From assembly GCA_964016885.1 (NCBI GenBank), contig OZ024740.1, positions 181,474,001-181,538,000 of the forward strand: a stretch of 64,000 bases of DNA. Reading direction: 5' to 3'. The notes beneath the pieces were generated by a model. That model saw only the letters and a list, made by a program, of their open reading frames with translations. It was not told the origin of the DNA and did not search any database. The stretch comes from Eledone cirrhosa (Eukaryota). The position numbers and the translations under genes were made by a program. This document shows, piece after piece, positions 25,658-38,635 of this stretch (its first letter is position 1; every line of letters begins with the position of its first letter).

Positions 25658-25860
25658 AGAAAAACCACAAACCCTCCATCTCAATTCCACTTTTGAGAAG
25701 CAGAAGAACTAAGAAACCGGTAAACGAACCAAATAAATCTATATTTTTTATAAAAAAAGACTCCAGTTGCATTTACGATTTCATCTTTTTTCCTTATACT
25801 TTCACTCGTTTAGGACACCCCGTTTTTTTTTCATTTTGTAAAAATACCTCACTTTCTATT
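25650..25860 (+). mobile_element. Diverged solo pLTR of the PLE1 family with a decayed U3-A8 HHR (25690-25726)
   Basis: Aligns to 14888-15100; core reads TTGAGAA gcag aagaa ctaa GAAA ccgg TA. Confidence 0.8.
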
Positions 25861-25914
25861 ATATATATATCGGATATTAACAAATGGAAACTATATTTAT
25901 AAAACCATATTTAT

Positions 25915-25973
25915 TTCATTATACATATTTCAAGGACACCAAGTTAAATTATGGTGTGCTTTCATCAGATAAA
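25915..25973 (-). ncRNA. Type I hammerhead ribozyme (PLE3 inverted arm)
   Basis: ttat CTGATGA aagcacacca taatttaact tggtgtcctt GAAA tatgta TA atga. Confidence 0.82.
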
Positions 25974-26692
25974 ATATAATATAGAGCAGTTTATAAATAA
26001 ATATTGACATACCCTTAAATAATGCAACAATTACTGTTGAAAGCTCCCGGATAGTGGAGTTATATTTATACTTATAGTATTTGGTAAGTTAGTATTGGAT
26101 AATTTTAAATGAGCCGTTGGGTTACGAAGAAAGAGAAAGAGAGAGAGAGCAGAATAACAGAGAGAAAAAAAGAGAGAAAAAAGAGAGAGAGATTGCATAA
26201 CAGCAGAGAGAGAAAAGATATAGAAATAGAAAAAGAAAAAGAGAGAGGAAAAAGAGAAAGGAGAGAGAGAGAGTGAACACTCCAAGTCTTATCTTGTTGA
26301 TTTATCTTAACATTTGAGATGAAATGAATAAATAAAGTTAGAAATGTTAATAATCATGAATGGAATATACATATGTAATATGAGAAATTTAACCATTGTT
26401 TAAATATGATTAAATGTTTAGTTAGTCAGTTATAATATTGAGATCAATAATTAAAAAATTGAGATCTATATATTAAGAAATCTATATATTATTATTAAGA
26501 CTATATAATATAAGAATATATAAACACATATATAAACACGCAGAAAATATATAAATATATATACACACGTATAAAAATATATATACATATCTAACTACGT
26601 ATATAATATATACATACCAAATATAAATGATTTTTTTGATTTAAGATATAGGAAACTTATAAAATCAGAGAAAGTGTTTTCAATGTAATATC

Positions 26693-28297
26693 AAACCTAA
26701 GATTAATATGAGGGATCACAAAGGAATTTTGAAAGGGATTTACCAGTCAGATTAATTGCACCATCTAAATCGGACCTTGGCAGATTTAGCAAAAAAATTT
26801 TAGACAGAATAACACCACAAATTAAGAATTTATCTTATTTAAAATTATGGAAAGGAACAAGTGAAGTTATCGATTGGTTTAAGGAAATTAAATATAACTA
26901 TAATAATAAGTTTATTCAGTTAGATATTGCTAACTATTACTCATCTATCACTCCTAATCTACTGAATAAAGCACTAACTTACGCATTTAAACATACAGAC
27001 TTAACTAGCAATGAAATGCACATTATATTATCGGCACGGAAAACATTAATAGAATTTAATAACCAACTCTTGACTAGGGCAGATAGAAATAATAACTTCG
27101 ATATAACTATGGGATCATCCGATTCCGCTAAGGTAACGGATCTTGTGGGCCTCTTTATAAATAATTCTCTACATAGGAAAATACCTGACATAACCGGAGG
27201 TTTATATCGTGACGACATGCTTTTACTTATAGAAAATAATAACTGTGGACTAAATAGAAAAATAATACAAATTATACAATTTTTTAATTACCTTAATCTA
27301 AAAGTAGAAATAGAGAATAACCATAAAAATAGTTAACTTTCTAGATGTAACACTAAACCTTAACACATGTCTTCATTATCCATTTCACAAACTAAATGAG
27401 AACTTAAACTACGTCAATTTTAACTCTAATCACCCCAGATCCGTTAAAAATACTATAGTGAACTCTGTACAGGAACGAATTTTGAGAATTTCAGCTAATA
27501 AAAATATATTTGACGAAAAAGCACATTATTACAACGAAGCGTAACAATTTTAACTATATTAACAATTTTAACAACTATAATAGAAAACCTCACAATAATT
27601 CCGAAAACAAAAAAAGAAATAGAACTAGGAACATATTATGGTTTGCTCCTCCTTTCTCATTAAATATTAAAACCCCTATTGCTAAACTATTTTTTAAAGC
27701 TCTTGACAAATGCCTCCCTAGAACACATAGTTATTATTATTTAATAGACATACTATAAAATTAACTTATTCTTCCACCAACAACTTAGCGCAAAATATTA
27801 ATAGAATTAATAATAGAAATTTAAAACCTAACCAAAATACCACTAATAACCCAAGCCATATCCAATTTGATAAATGTAACTGTAGAATTAAATCTAACTG
27901 CCCGTTAAATAACAATTGCTTAGCTAAAAATATAGTATATAATTGTAATGTAAAAACAAATTTAAATTAATTTAATTATGTGGGATCCACTTCCACAGAG
28001 TTTAAATCCAGCTTCAATAATCATATAAATTATTTTACGGATCCAAACAAAAAATCTTCAACTTCTCTATATAGCTTATTATGGGACCTCAAACTAAAGA
28101 ATGGTGAATAATCGTTGATTTGGAATATTATTTCAAATGCTACTCCTTTTAACTCCTCTTCAGAAAATTGTGATCTTTGTATAGAGGAAATATTCTTTAT
28201 ATTAAAGACCAAAAATTCCCTGAACCTAAGGAACAATTTATTCAGTTTCTGCAGCCATAGATTGAACTCAACGTTTAAATATAAATTTAAAACGTAA
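26693..28297 (+). pseudogene. PLE3 RT + GIY-YIG remnant (several frameshifts and stops)
   Basis: DHK..LPVRLIAPSKSDLG, FIQLDIANYYSSI, MGSSDSAKVTDLVGL, GLYRDD, NFLDVTL, WFAPPFS, CNCRIKSNCPL, NYVGST and CDLCIEE. Confidence 0.88.
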
Positions 28298-28882
28298 TAT
28301 ATAATTAATTAATTAATTCTATTAATATATTGAATATATCGATAAATCATTAGATTCCTCATATTTTGACTGATTATACACTCAAGTAAAAAAGAATGTC
28401 TTCCTAAATATAAATAAACATAATAAATTCTTCTAGAGAAATATACTGAAAGCTCTTAAAAGGGGAAAATAATTTTTGATAGTTTCTCCTATTTTCGAAA
28501 GTTTATCTTTTGAAAGTTTCTTTTTCTTTCTCTTATGGATATAAAAGTAAATTAAGTTAAATATACGTAGAAAATGTTTATACTAAATTTATTAAACATA
28601 TCATTATTTTAAAATTATAACTTGAAATATACTATAATATTTTTAAAGTTATATTGTTTTAAAGTTAGATTGCTTATAATTATATTTCCAAATCGTAATA
28701 TAATTATTTTGTATTTTATGTACTTCAATTATACTATGTACTATATTTATATATTCTTCTCTCTCTATATGTGCGTATGTATATGTATATGTGTGTATTC
28801 ATATATATATGCATATGTTTTATGCGTGTATGTCTATTTGTATGTATATATGTATGTGATGCATATCTACATATTCGTGTGG

Positions 28883-28918
<36 letters not shown>

Positions 28919-29913
28919 GTGTGAATTCTGTATGTATATATATATATACGCATACAATTCAATTGCACTTATTTATAGAGATTATCCCAGGGTTCGTGAC
29001 AAATAACATAAAATAACAGTCATAACTACATAACAGGTTAATCTTATAAAACTTATATAAAATTGTGTATAATAACATAGAGTGTGTATAACAAAAACAT
29101 TTCCTTTAATATCTTAACAATTTGTGACATCTATATAACTAAATAACGTATTTTCCTTCATGCTGCTTTGATATTGCATTGAAAAGACTTTCTCTGATTT
29201 TATAAGTTTGCTATATCTTAAATAAAAAAAAATCCTTTATATTTTGTATGTATATATTATATACGTAGTTAGATATGTATATATATTTTTATACGTGTGT
29301 ATATATATTTATATATATTTCAGCGTGTGTATATGTGTTTTATTCTTCTTATAATATATAGTCTTAATAATAATATATAGATTTCTTAATATATAGATCT
29401 CAATTTTTAAAGTATTGATCCTAATATTATAACTGACTAACTAAACATTTAATCATATTTAAACAATGGTTAAATTTCTCATATTATATATGTATATTCC
29501 ATTCATGATTATTAACATTTCTAATTTTATTTAGTCATTTCATCTCAAATGTTAAGATAAATCAACAAGATATGACTTGGAGTGTTCACTCTCTCTCTCC
29601 TTTCTCTTTCTCCTTTCTCTCTCTCTTTTTCTTTTTTTATTTCTATTTCTTTTCTCTCTCTGTTGTTATGCTATCTCTCTCTCTGTTGTTATGCTATCTC
29701 TCTCTCTTTTCTCTCTCTTTTTTCTCTATGTTATTCTGCTCTCTCTATTTCTCTTTCTCCGTAACCCAACGGCTTATTTAAAATTATCCAATACTAACTT
29801 ACCTAATACTATAAGTATAAATATAACTCCACTATCCGGGAGCTTCCAACAGTAATAGTTGCATTATTTAAGGGTATGTCAATATTTATTTATAAAACTG
29901 CTCTATATTATAT

Positions 29914-29972
29914 TTTATCTGATGAAAGCACACCATAATTTAACTTGGTGTCCTTGAAATATGTATAATGAA
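29914..29972 (+). ncRNA. Type I hammerhead ribozyme (PLE3 3' pLTR)
   Basis: Same motif as 25915-25973; CTGATGA at 29919-29925. Confidence 0.82.
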
Positions 29973-30102
29973 ATAAATATGGGTTTATAAATATAGTTTC
30001 CATTTGTTCATATCGTAGTTTTACTCCAATTATTTTTTGAGTGCTTTAAATCAGTTATATAAATATTTGCTTGTTGTATCCTAACAATTTAAATAGAACT
30101 TT

Positions 30103-30161
<59 letters not shown>

Positions 30162-30222
30162 ATGTATATAAACATATATATATACATATACATATATATA
30201 TGTATACATATATATATATATA

Positions 30223-30299
<77 letters not shown>

Positions 30300-30338
30300 G
30301 CATACATGCATATATAATATATATACATACATGCTCAT

Positions 30339-30389
<51 letters not shown>

Positions 30390-30392
<3 letters not shown>

Positions 30393-31068
30393 GGAAAAAA
30401 TGAAACGAAATTTCATTTCCCACTCTTAGTACGGCTGTTACTTAAATATAAGTATGTACACGTACATACATATATGTATACATACGTACAGTAGTATGTA
30501 TATATATATACATACATGCACACATATATATATAAAGATGCACGTATGGATTCACCGAACATTTATTATAATGATCGGTGTGTTTCTAAACAAACATCCC
30601 GTATTAAGCCGTAGTGTCTAGCAACGATCGTTGCTCGTTGTTCAAAACTGACAAAGGAACGCTGTACTAGTTTCAAGCTTATTAGCCATCGTCAGTAAAG
30701 TATACCCTCCTGCGAGATTGTTGAACGTATGTACTTACCTTATGCATATTAACGGCTGAGTAGCTCAATTTGCATATCGAGTGGGTTAATCGGATGGGTA
30801 CAGCGAAAACGATAAACGGAAAAAATGAAACGATAGCTAATAAGCTTCAAACTAGTACAGCGTTCCTTTCTCAGTGTTGAACAAACGAGCAACGATTGTT
30901 GCTAGACACTACAGCTTAATTCGGGATGTTTGTTTACAAACACACCGATCATTATAATAAATGTTCGGTGAATCCATACGTGCATCTTTATATATATATG
31001 TGTGCATGTATGTATATATATATACATACTACTGTACGTCTGTATACATATATGTATGTACGTGTACA
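30390..31068 (-). mobile_element. Non-coding HHR-bearing repeat (one ~440-nt unit plus inverted piece 30831-31068), related to the 54.5-56.6 kb family
   Basis: HHR at 30661-30699 (-): CTGACGA tggctaataagctt GAAA ctag TA cagc; similar throughout to the 55-kb monomers. Confidence 0.78.
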
Positions 31069-31192
31069 TCCCGTAAGGATGAAAGGCAAATTAACATCGG
31101 CGGGATTTGAACTCAGATCATAAATGGCCGTAACTCTATGCTGCAAAGCATGGCGTCCGACCCTCTACCGGTACTGCCAATCCACCGCCAGC
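31068..31192 (-). mobile_element. SINE copy (5' part; same family as 2822-3017)
   Basis: Reverse complement of the 2822-2945 sequence. Confidence 0.8.
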
Positions 31193-33442
31193 AGTTATTA
31201 TACACAACTGCTGTTTATTTATTTTGTAACAATGTTGAATGCTAAGTCCATAGTAATCAATTAACAAATAAGAAGTGATATTAAATTTACCAAATACATA
31301 AATGATTGACTTCTTCATTCTATGAACACTTGTAAATTATTAAAATTATTATTTAATACTTGAACACTGATAAATGGCATGGAATATCATGTTCTTTGGA
31401 TCAAATGATCGTGTTTATTTTATCAGACAAGTAACAGTGTTATTTCTGTGTTTCTGTTAATACTAAATGTGTAATACTAAGCTGAGATGAAACTTAAAAA
31501 TCATTCCATGACTTCGAAGCAATATTCACCTCTGATGGTTTTATTGTTTTATAACCCAATTTATATCTCTATTCTTTTGATAATACAGCAAATTAGTAAC
31601 CGTTTGTTTCTCTAAAAATGTTTGTATAATTTACATTGACTGAATTTTTGAAAAACAAAAGTCAACTGAAGCGCAGATTGACTTTAAAGTTTTGCTCTTG
31701 TCTTTCGTTAAACATACGTTGAAAATATTAAACCAGCATTCAAACTTATTACAATGTCCCCTAACAAAGTTGATCGGTAGTGCAGTGCGGATTAATGAAG
31801 CTTACTATAGTTATTTTTAATGAATCCATTGTTAAAACTTAAAGTGAACGAAATATTTGGCAACTATTTCTTTCAATAATATTTGGAACATAATTGTAGT
31901 GTTCGTTACATAATACGATGTAGAACACAAATAGTTTAGGCTACATACAAGCATCGTAAATTTTCTATAATCGTGTTATTGGAACTTTCTATTCAATAAG
32001 ATGATTTCCAGATATATGCACAAGCAAGAAAAATATGAATTAATTTTATAATAATAAAAATTAGATCAATTTACACATAGTCTGGTATCAGTCTAAAATC
32101 ACATGACAGCGCTTAATACTAGATGGGCAAGCAGCCATTAAAATATTGGGAAAATCAAATGAATGACATTTGAAGAACACACATGTGTGTTGTATTAAAT
32201 TAAATGCTGGTAAGATATCCTTCTTGTGGTGCGTGCATGTACACCATAAACGTTAAATTTTGTGCGAGCATTGGAAGTTTTTACAGCGGCCATTACATAT
32301 TACATAATAGCATCAGGGATATAATGAAAATAAAATCCTGACCAAAATAGGCGGAAAAGTATAGAATCAGCCTGAAGTGAGTTATAGTTTCGCTAACTAC
32401 ATACAGAGATGGAATGTATTTAATCAGTGTGTCCATGCGCTTTGCTACATTGAACTCATTTATGCATGGATTATGTAGAAGTAAGATTGCCAAGGAAACG
32501 AGACACTCAACTACATCTAGCGTATTTGTTTGCAGAGGATCAGCAACTATCTACTACTGACTCCAATTCATTTTCCCCCTCTGCTGACGTTAACCTAGGT
32601 GTCTATAATGAGCCTCTGAGGGATCACACAATTTGCTAAGAAAAGCAGTCAAATCATCGCAATCATATTACAGTCGACTCTAGTAAAAGTAATGGATACT
32701 TTTGATCATGAAATTCTATATACTAGGTGTCAGCACAAGAGAAAGCAAGGTTACAGCAAAAATGCCTTTGTTAATAGGTCTACTCACTTATAACTGAGCA
32801 AGGATTATTCAGCAGGAACAACACGAAGTTAGAGATGTGAATTTAACTTCCAGGCTTACACAATCAACTGAGAACTGATATAATATGAAATATGGCAATC
32901 AACTATATGGATGCATGGTATCTGGAACTATGAATATCTAGTTCCCCTGAATATGTGTCAAACTACATATGATGAATCTATATCCCTTATATAGACATTT
33001 ATCTTGGCAACACTTTCAAAATGCGTTAGTTTAAAATTTGAAATTTAAAATAAAGAATGCATAATATAAATACTAATACATGCAAGGGAATATTAGAATC
33101 CGTATAGCTTTGGCCAAAATTTAAAACTGGATAGTGTTACAAATATGTGAAGTATTCGGTTGTCAGTGTAACCAATTCTGTCAAAGAAATATGTTGCAAC
33201 ATTACTATAGCCTAAAGATTGACACAATTTGAACAACTAAAACATCTCTAATAAACCAATAAAAACAATCAATTAAGCTAAAAAAAACAGAAAGGCATTA
33301 ACACAAAAAGAAATCTTCACATAAATCAGGAAGATATAATTACAAACAGATAAAAACATTGAAGTTGATTGTTTTGAGTGTGGAGGAAATGTAACGAAAC
33401 ACCATTCGAAGAAAATCTAATGGTAAAATAGTCATAATAAAT

Positions 33443-33638
33443 AACTGTTTCTACACTTGGCACACGGGCAGCAATTAACAAGACAGTGCATTACTGGTAC
33501 TTTATTTTATTGACCCCGTAAGAATGAAAAGCAAAGTTAACATTGGTGTGATTTAAACTCAGAATGGCAAATGGCCGTAACTCTATGTGTCAAAGCAGGG
33601 TGTCGGACCCTCTACCAATACTGCCAATGCACCGCCAG
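33443..33638 (-). mobile_element. SINE copy (same family as 2822-3017)
   Basis: tactggtactttattttattgaccccgtaag..tgaaa.gcaaagttaac...ctcagaatggcaa..ggccgtaactc. Confidence 0.8.
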
Positions 33639-34966
33639 ACTCATAATAAATAATATAAACTAGACATATCGTAGGCAAAACAAAACTAGATTATAACATC
33701 AATATTATGAGATGACATCAGCTTATCTACGCAAAAGATACAGTAAACATAGAAGAAATGGGTTGCCCATGGGCAGGATAGTGTGGAAATAGCAGTTTGC
33801 CCAGACTATCACATTGCATCCAATGCGATTTAACATGGCATGGTGGATGTTATGTAGTACAGCTCGCCGCTAAACGGAGACATTAGGGAAAACAAATACA
33901 TGAATTGCGTCTAATCGATCAATGCTAACCTGGAGCTAAACAACAACTACAATGAGGGAATCATAATGAGAAAGACGAAAATTAATTGAAAAGATCACGG
34001 AACCCTTTAAGAGATCGATAACAAATACACATAAATTAAGAACAGAGAGATAAATACCATAGAAATATCAGTTAATAAAATTAAGAAATATTGCAAATCA
34101 AAGAGCACTTAAGACAAGAAATTATTGATTAATCGCAAAACATTCATCGATTTTATAAGCAAAAATTAACTAATAAAACTATCAATAGGGCGAAAGAATG
34201 AAGGAGTCCCTACGTTGTCACACAATCTGCTTGAAATAGCAGGCAAATATTCTTCAAATTAGACTCTACTGTCCTCAAAGTAAAATGGCACATGAGCCTA
34301 TGTAACACTCGTTATCTAAACATACGTTATATTTCCTCAATTAGAGCTACCCTGGGTTTAAATAACAGCAACCAATACACGAGGGAATTATAATTGAGCA
34401 TGTTTTTGGTATTTATTTCATTTAAAATATGATTTATTTCCTATTTGTTTTCCACAGTTTGTGCAGTATAAATACAAATAGCTTACTAAAATATAATTAA
34501 CTCCAAAATCCCAAACGCCGCAACAATAGCATTATAGAGGATGCTATTAACAGACTCAATGAGATCAGAACATATACGATTTAGCAGTCTGTTTAGAGAC
34601 TAAATCCACCCCAATCTACAATGTCCATGTTGTGCAAACATTTTGATGAAGATAGCTTTTTTTATATTGTATTCCTCGTTTGTTGACGCTAGAATTTACA
34701 CGATGAGTTGGTAGAATTCCTCAATCACAGAAGAAGTACCTCAATATTCATTCCCGCTTTCAAAGCTCTCAGTTTAATCTTGAACAAAATCAACGTTACC
34801 TTTCATCTTTTTTTCCACTTACGTAAGTAACCATCTTTGGTTTTATTTAATCGGTAGGTAAAATACTAACGATGTTTAAATGTAGTTCAACCCTGACTAA
34901 CAAGGCCTATGATTGAATAGATTTAAACCATGTTCATAAAGTTCTTCTCATGCCTTATATTCAATG

Positions 34967-35165
34967 TAACCTCACTTAGTGCGATTGTTATAGGATTTAC
35001 TAGGCTTAACCCCACTCAGTGCGATTTTTATAAGATTTACTCTGGTTTAACCCATTTAGTGCGATTTTTATAGGATCTCCTTCGGTTAACCCCACATAGT
35101 GCTATTTTTATACGATTTACTTCGGTTAACCCCACTTAGTGCGATTGTTATAAGATATACTCCTA
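34967..35165. repeat. ~40-bp minisatellite, about 5 copies
   Basis: aacc(c)cacttagtgcgatt(g/t)ttata(g/a)gatttact..ggtt is repeated. Confidence 0.85.
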
Positions 35166-36304
35166 TTAACTTTTACCAGACTGCGCAGAAACAATAGACA
35201 TTTCCTTGTTGACCAAATGGAAGAATGCCAATAATAATGAATAAAATGGTTCCTTAATTAATATATATTCAAATATGATACTTCATACAAGAGGATCCCA
35301 GGATTTTGCTAACTACAGGTTCAATAACGTTGAATATTTCTGGCATAATTTACTAAGATAACATTAATGGTAATGACTATTCCATGCACATTTCGTACTT
35401 TAATCATTAAAGCAAACAATTAGGATGCTTCACTTTGACGCAATTAGGATGCTTCACTTTGACCAGTGTGTCTTCGTTATCGATTAAATATCGATAAGGA
35501 TATTGAAGTTTTTGAAGCCCGGGTGATATTCGCTAGTAGTATGAATAGTTTGAAAAAGAAAGAGGTTGGTCTTCAAAACCTATGTTGATAGCATAATTAA
35601 TTTGCAATGATGTTACGGTTCCGTCCGATTGCAGTTGAAAGCTAGTATTACAATCATTTTTGCATCACCTTCATGCCCCTCTCAGTGCGTGAAGGGTGCC
35701 ATTCACTTTTTTAATATCTCAAGCGGTATATCCTCGATTTATAGAAGCATTTGAAAATAAGTCAAAGGTTATTTTTAATAAATATATATTTTTAATAAAT
35801 ATATATCGATATATATTTAGGAGTGTTTGTATAAATGCGTTTACGGCACGAGCCGTGCCAATGTAATACCATTTATTTTTCCTATACCATAAATAACATT
35901 TGTTTTCTTTTACGGTATTTTAATTACTAAAACGCTTAATCATGATTGAAACAGAAATGCGATGTGTTTGGAAATTAGTTGTCGCAAGTTGACCGCGCTC
36001 CAAAACATAATCAAATGGATTTATACACGTCGACCGAGAGTCTGTAACAAACACCACGCACCGGAGAGTGTTTATTCGAATTCTTCATTACTTAATTACA
36101 TGTGAAATCCAAGTATATTTTCGAGCATCCAGGAAAGATGTGTATGTTATACGATGTGGTTGAATTCGAGAAAATGTATAAAGCAAAAGTATTCCAATTT
36201 AGCTTAAATATGTCAGACACAATCATATACACAGGCAAGCAAGCACACATACACAGAAGCATGTATTACGTGATTTTCCCCTATATTTATGTATATATAT
36301 ATAC

Positions 36305-36370
<66 letters not shown>

Positions 36371-36373
<3 letters not shown>

Positions 36374-36557
36374 AACAAGTAAGACACCGAGGGCTGAGCT
36401 CAAGCCGTTTCGACAGCTAATTCTGAGAATTAGCCGTCGAAACGGCTTGAGCTCAGCCGTCGGGGTCTTACTTGTTCCTATTACCCACTCTACTACCCTA
36501 AGTATTGAGTACTTTGGTGCGTTATGGTCCACCTGGTTCCTTACCACATTTCCTTTG

Positions 36558-36560
<3 letters not shown>
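36371..36560. mobile_element. Fold-back mini-element (55-bp arms plus ~80-nt tail) in (TA)n; probable truncated and inverted pLTR
   Basis: 36371-36480 is a near-perfect palindrome; homologous to 37660-37800 and 37889-38093. Confidence 0.75.
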
Positions 36561-36587
<27 letters not shown>

Positions 36588-36590
<3 letters not shown>

Positions 36591-36840
36591 GAATTTATAT
36601 TTAATTTGTTGGGATACGACAAGCAAATATTTTTTTATAACTGATATAAGGCACTCAACAAATTTTTTGGAGTAAAAATACAATATATTTACAAATGGAA
36701 ACTATATTTATAAAACCATATTTATGTCATCATACATATTTCAAGGACACCAAAGCAAATGTTGGAGCGCTTTCATCAGATAAAATATAATATAGATCAG
36801 TTTTATAAAAAATATTGACATACCCTTAAAGAATGCGACC
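36588..36840 (-). mobile_element. Solo pLTR of the PLE3 family with HHR at ~36727-36785 (cleavage site mutated to UG)
   Basis: Reverse complement resembles 29870-30104; core CTGATGA aagcgctcca...tggtgtcctt GAAA tatgta TG. Confidence 0.8.
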
Positions 36841-36963
36841 ATGTCGGTTAGAAGCTCATAGATTTGCACATAGCATAACTAGGCTGAATAACCACCGTGG
36901 AAACATTTGGAAGCACACAGAATAAATTACTTTTTTATGATATATACCTGTTATTATTCCTTC

Positions 36964-37023
<60 letters not shown>

Positions 37024-37798
37024 AAAAAGTCTCATCCTATCATTTCCATCCACCCCCTATGTTCATCCTCGTCTGCTTTTCCCCTTTCGCCTACCCCGAT
37101 GCAGCCCATCGGACCTTTGTAGTATCAGTTCCCCCAACCCTGTAATTTTAAGATAGAATTGGCCGAATACGTTTTACTAACTACTTATAGCAGATGTGTT
37201 AAACCCCTTTAATTTTGTATCAGTCTTGTTACTACTCAATTTCTACAAGTTTTTTTTCTATTCTCAACTTATTAACCTGTAATTGTAAGATAGCATTTTG
37301 ATTTCTTTATTCATTTCTCTCTATCTAATTTTATATATGTTTTTATTTATTTCTATTATCTTTTATTGTCTCCTACTCTCGTTCGATTTACCATTTCTAT
37401 AACCTCCCTCCTCCACTTCATACACTATCCTTAGAATCTGCTGTATACATATCACTTTCAACGCTTGACCACTCCATTCACTCCCCTATTATTCTACAGT
37501 CAAGTTCAGCCACAACTACCTCCCACCAAATGCCATGATAGACTTATTTGTGTTTACAACAAATTTCAATCAATCCTCTTGACAACTACACTTTTCCCAT
37601 ATAAGGAAGTACCACCTTGACAAGTTCGGCTATTTATTCACCCGGCTAAAAATTCTAATTTAGTCCAGAAATAGCCGTCGAAACGGCTTGAGCTGTGCCG
37701 TTGGTGTCATACTTTTTCTTATCTCCGACTCTACTATCCTAAGTATTGAGCACTCTGGTGCGTTATGGTCTATCTGGTTCCTTACCTCAATTCCTTTG

Positions 37799-37888
<90 letters not shown>

Positions 37889-37891
<3 letters not shown>

Positions 37892-38093
37892 AACGAGTAG
37901 GATCCCGACGGCTGAGCTCAAGCCGTTTTGACGGCTAATTCTGGACTGATTTTAGTCCAGAATTAGCCGTCGAAACGGCTTGAGCTCAGCCGTCGGGGTC
38001 CTTCTCGTTCCTATTACCAACCCTACTACCCTAAGTATTGAGTACTTTGGTGCGTTATGGTCCACCTGATTCCTTACCACATTTCCTTCGTTA
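37889..38093. mobile_element. Fold-back mini-element, same family as 36371-36560
   Basis: Palindrome 37889-38012 plus the same tail; (TA)n flanks. Confidence 0.75.
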
Positions 38094-38113
38094 TATATAT
38101 ATATATATATAAA

Positions 38114-38169
<56 letters not shown>

Positions 38170-38170
38170 A

Positions 38171-38207
<37 letters not shown>

Positions 38208-38327
38208 GGAAGCAGAAAATTGCTTATTGTGATCCAGTTCGTGGTTAAAAAAGCCAGTTTCATGGACGCTTTCAACGTACGGTTAGGGGTAACTCCACAA
38301 GTTTGTAAGAATGCTGTTCAATCTTGG

Positions 38328-38635
38328 AGTATAAAATATGAAAGAGAAAAGACAGGTAAGCATTAAGAGAATGATTTATCCAGGTTTCTTACGACCGTTT
38401 CATTGGTAAGTGCAACCTTATATTGCTATACTGCAAATAGCAGCCACTCAATTATAATTCTTGTTCACGTCCACATTTTCAAAATATTCTGAAAATTTGG
38501 ACGTAAACAACAATTATAATTGAGTGGCTGCTATTTGCAGTATAGCAATATATGGTTGCACTTACCAATGAAACGGTCGTAAATACCTGGATAAAATCCT
38601 TCTCTTAATGCTTACCTGTGTTTTGATTTTATACT
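38328..38635. repeat. ~300-bp imperfect palindrome (fold-back pLTR-like or MITE-like)
   Basis: Arm acaggtaagcattaagaga...acgaccgtttcattggtaagtgcaacc pairs with ggttgcacttaccaatgaaacggtcgt...tctcttaatgcttacctgt; centre at ~38485. Confidence 0.85.

Larger units (their letters stand above)
25871..30104 (+). mobile_element. Penelope-like element 3 (Hydra-clade-like), 5'-truncated, with inverted arm 25871-26695 = revcomp of ~29167-30012
   Basis: Inverted repeat arms, RT and endonuclease remnants, HHRs in both arms, (TA)n flanks. Confidence 0.9.

Noticed and set aside
34967-35165. Regularly spaced short repeats resembling a CRISPR array
   Set aside because: Head-to-tail minisatellite without unique spacers, in a eukaryotic context with no cas genes.
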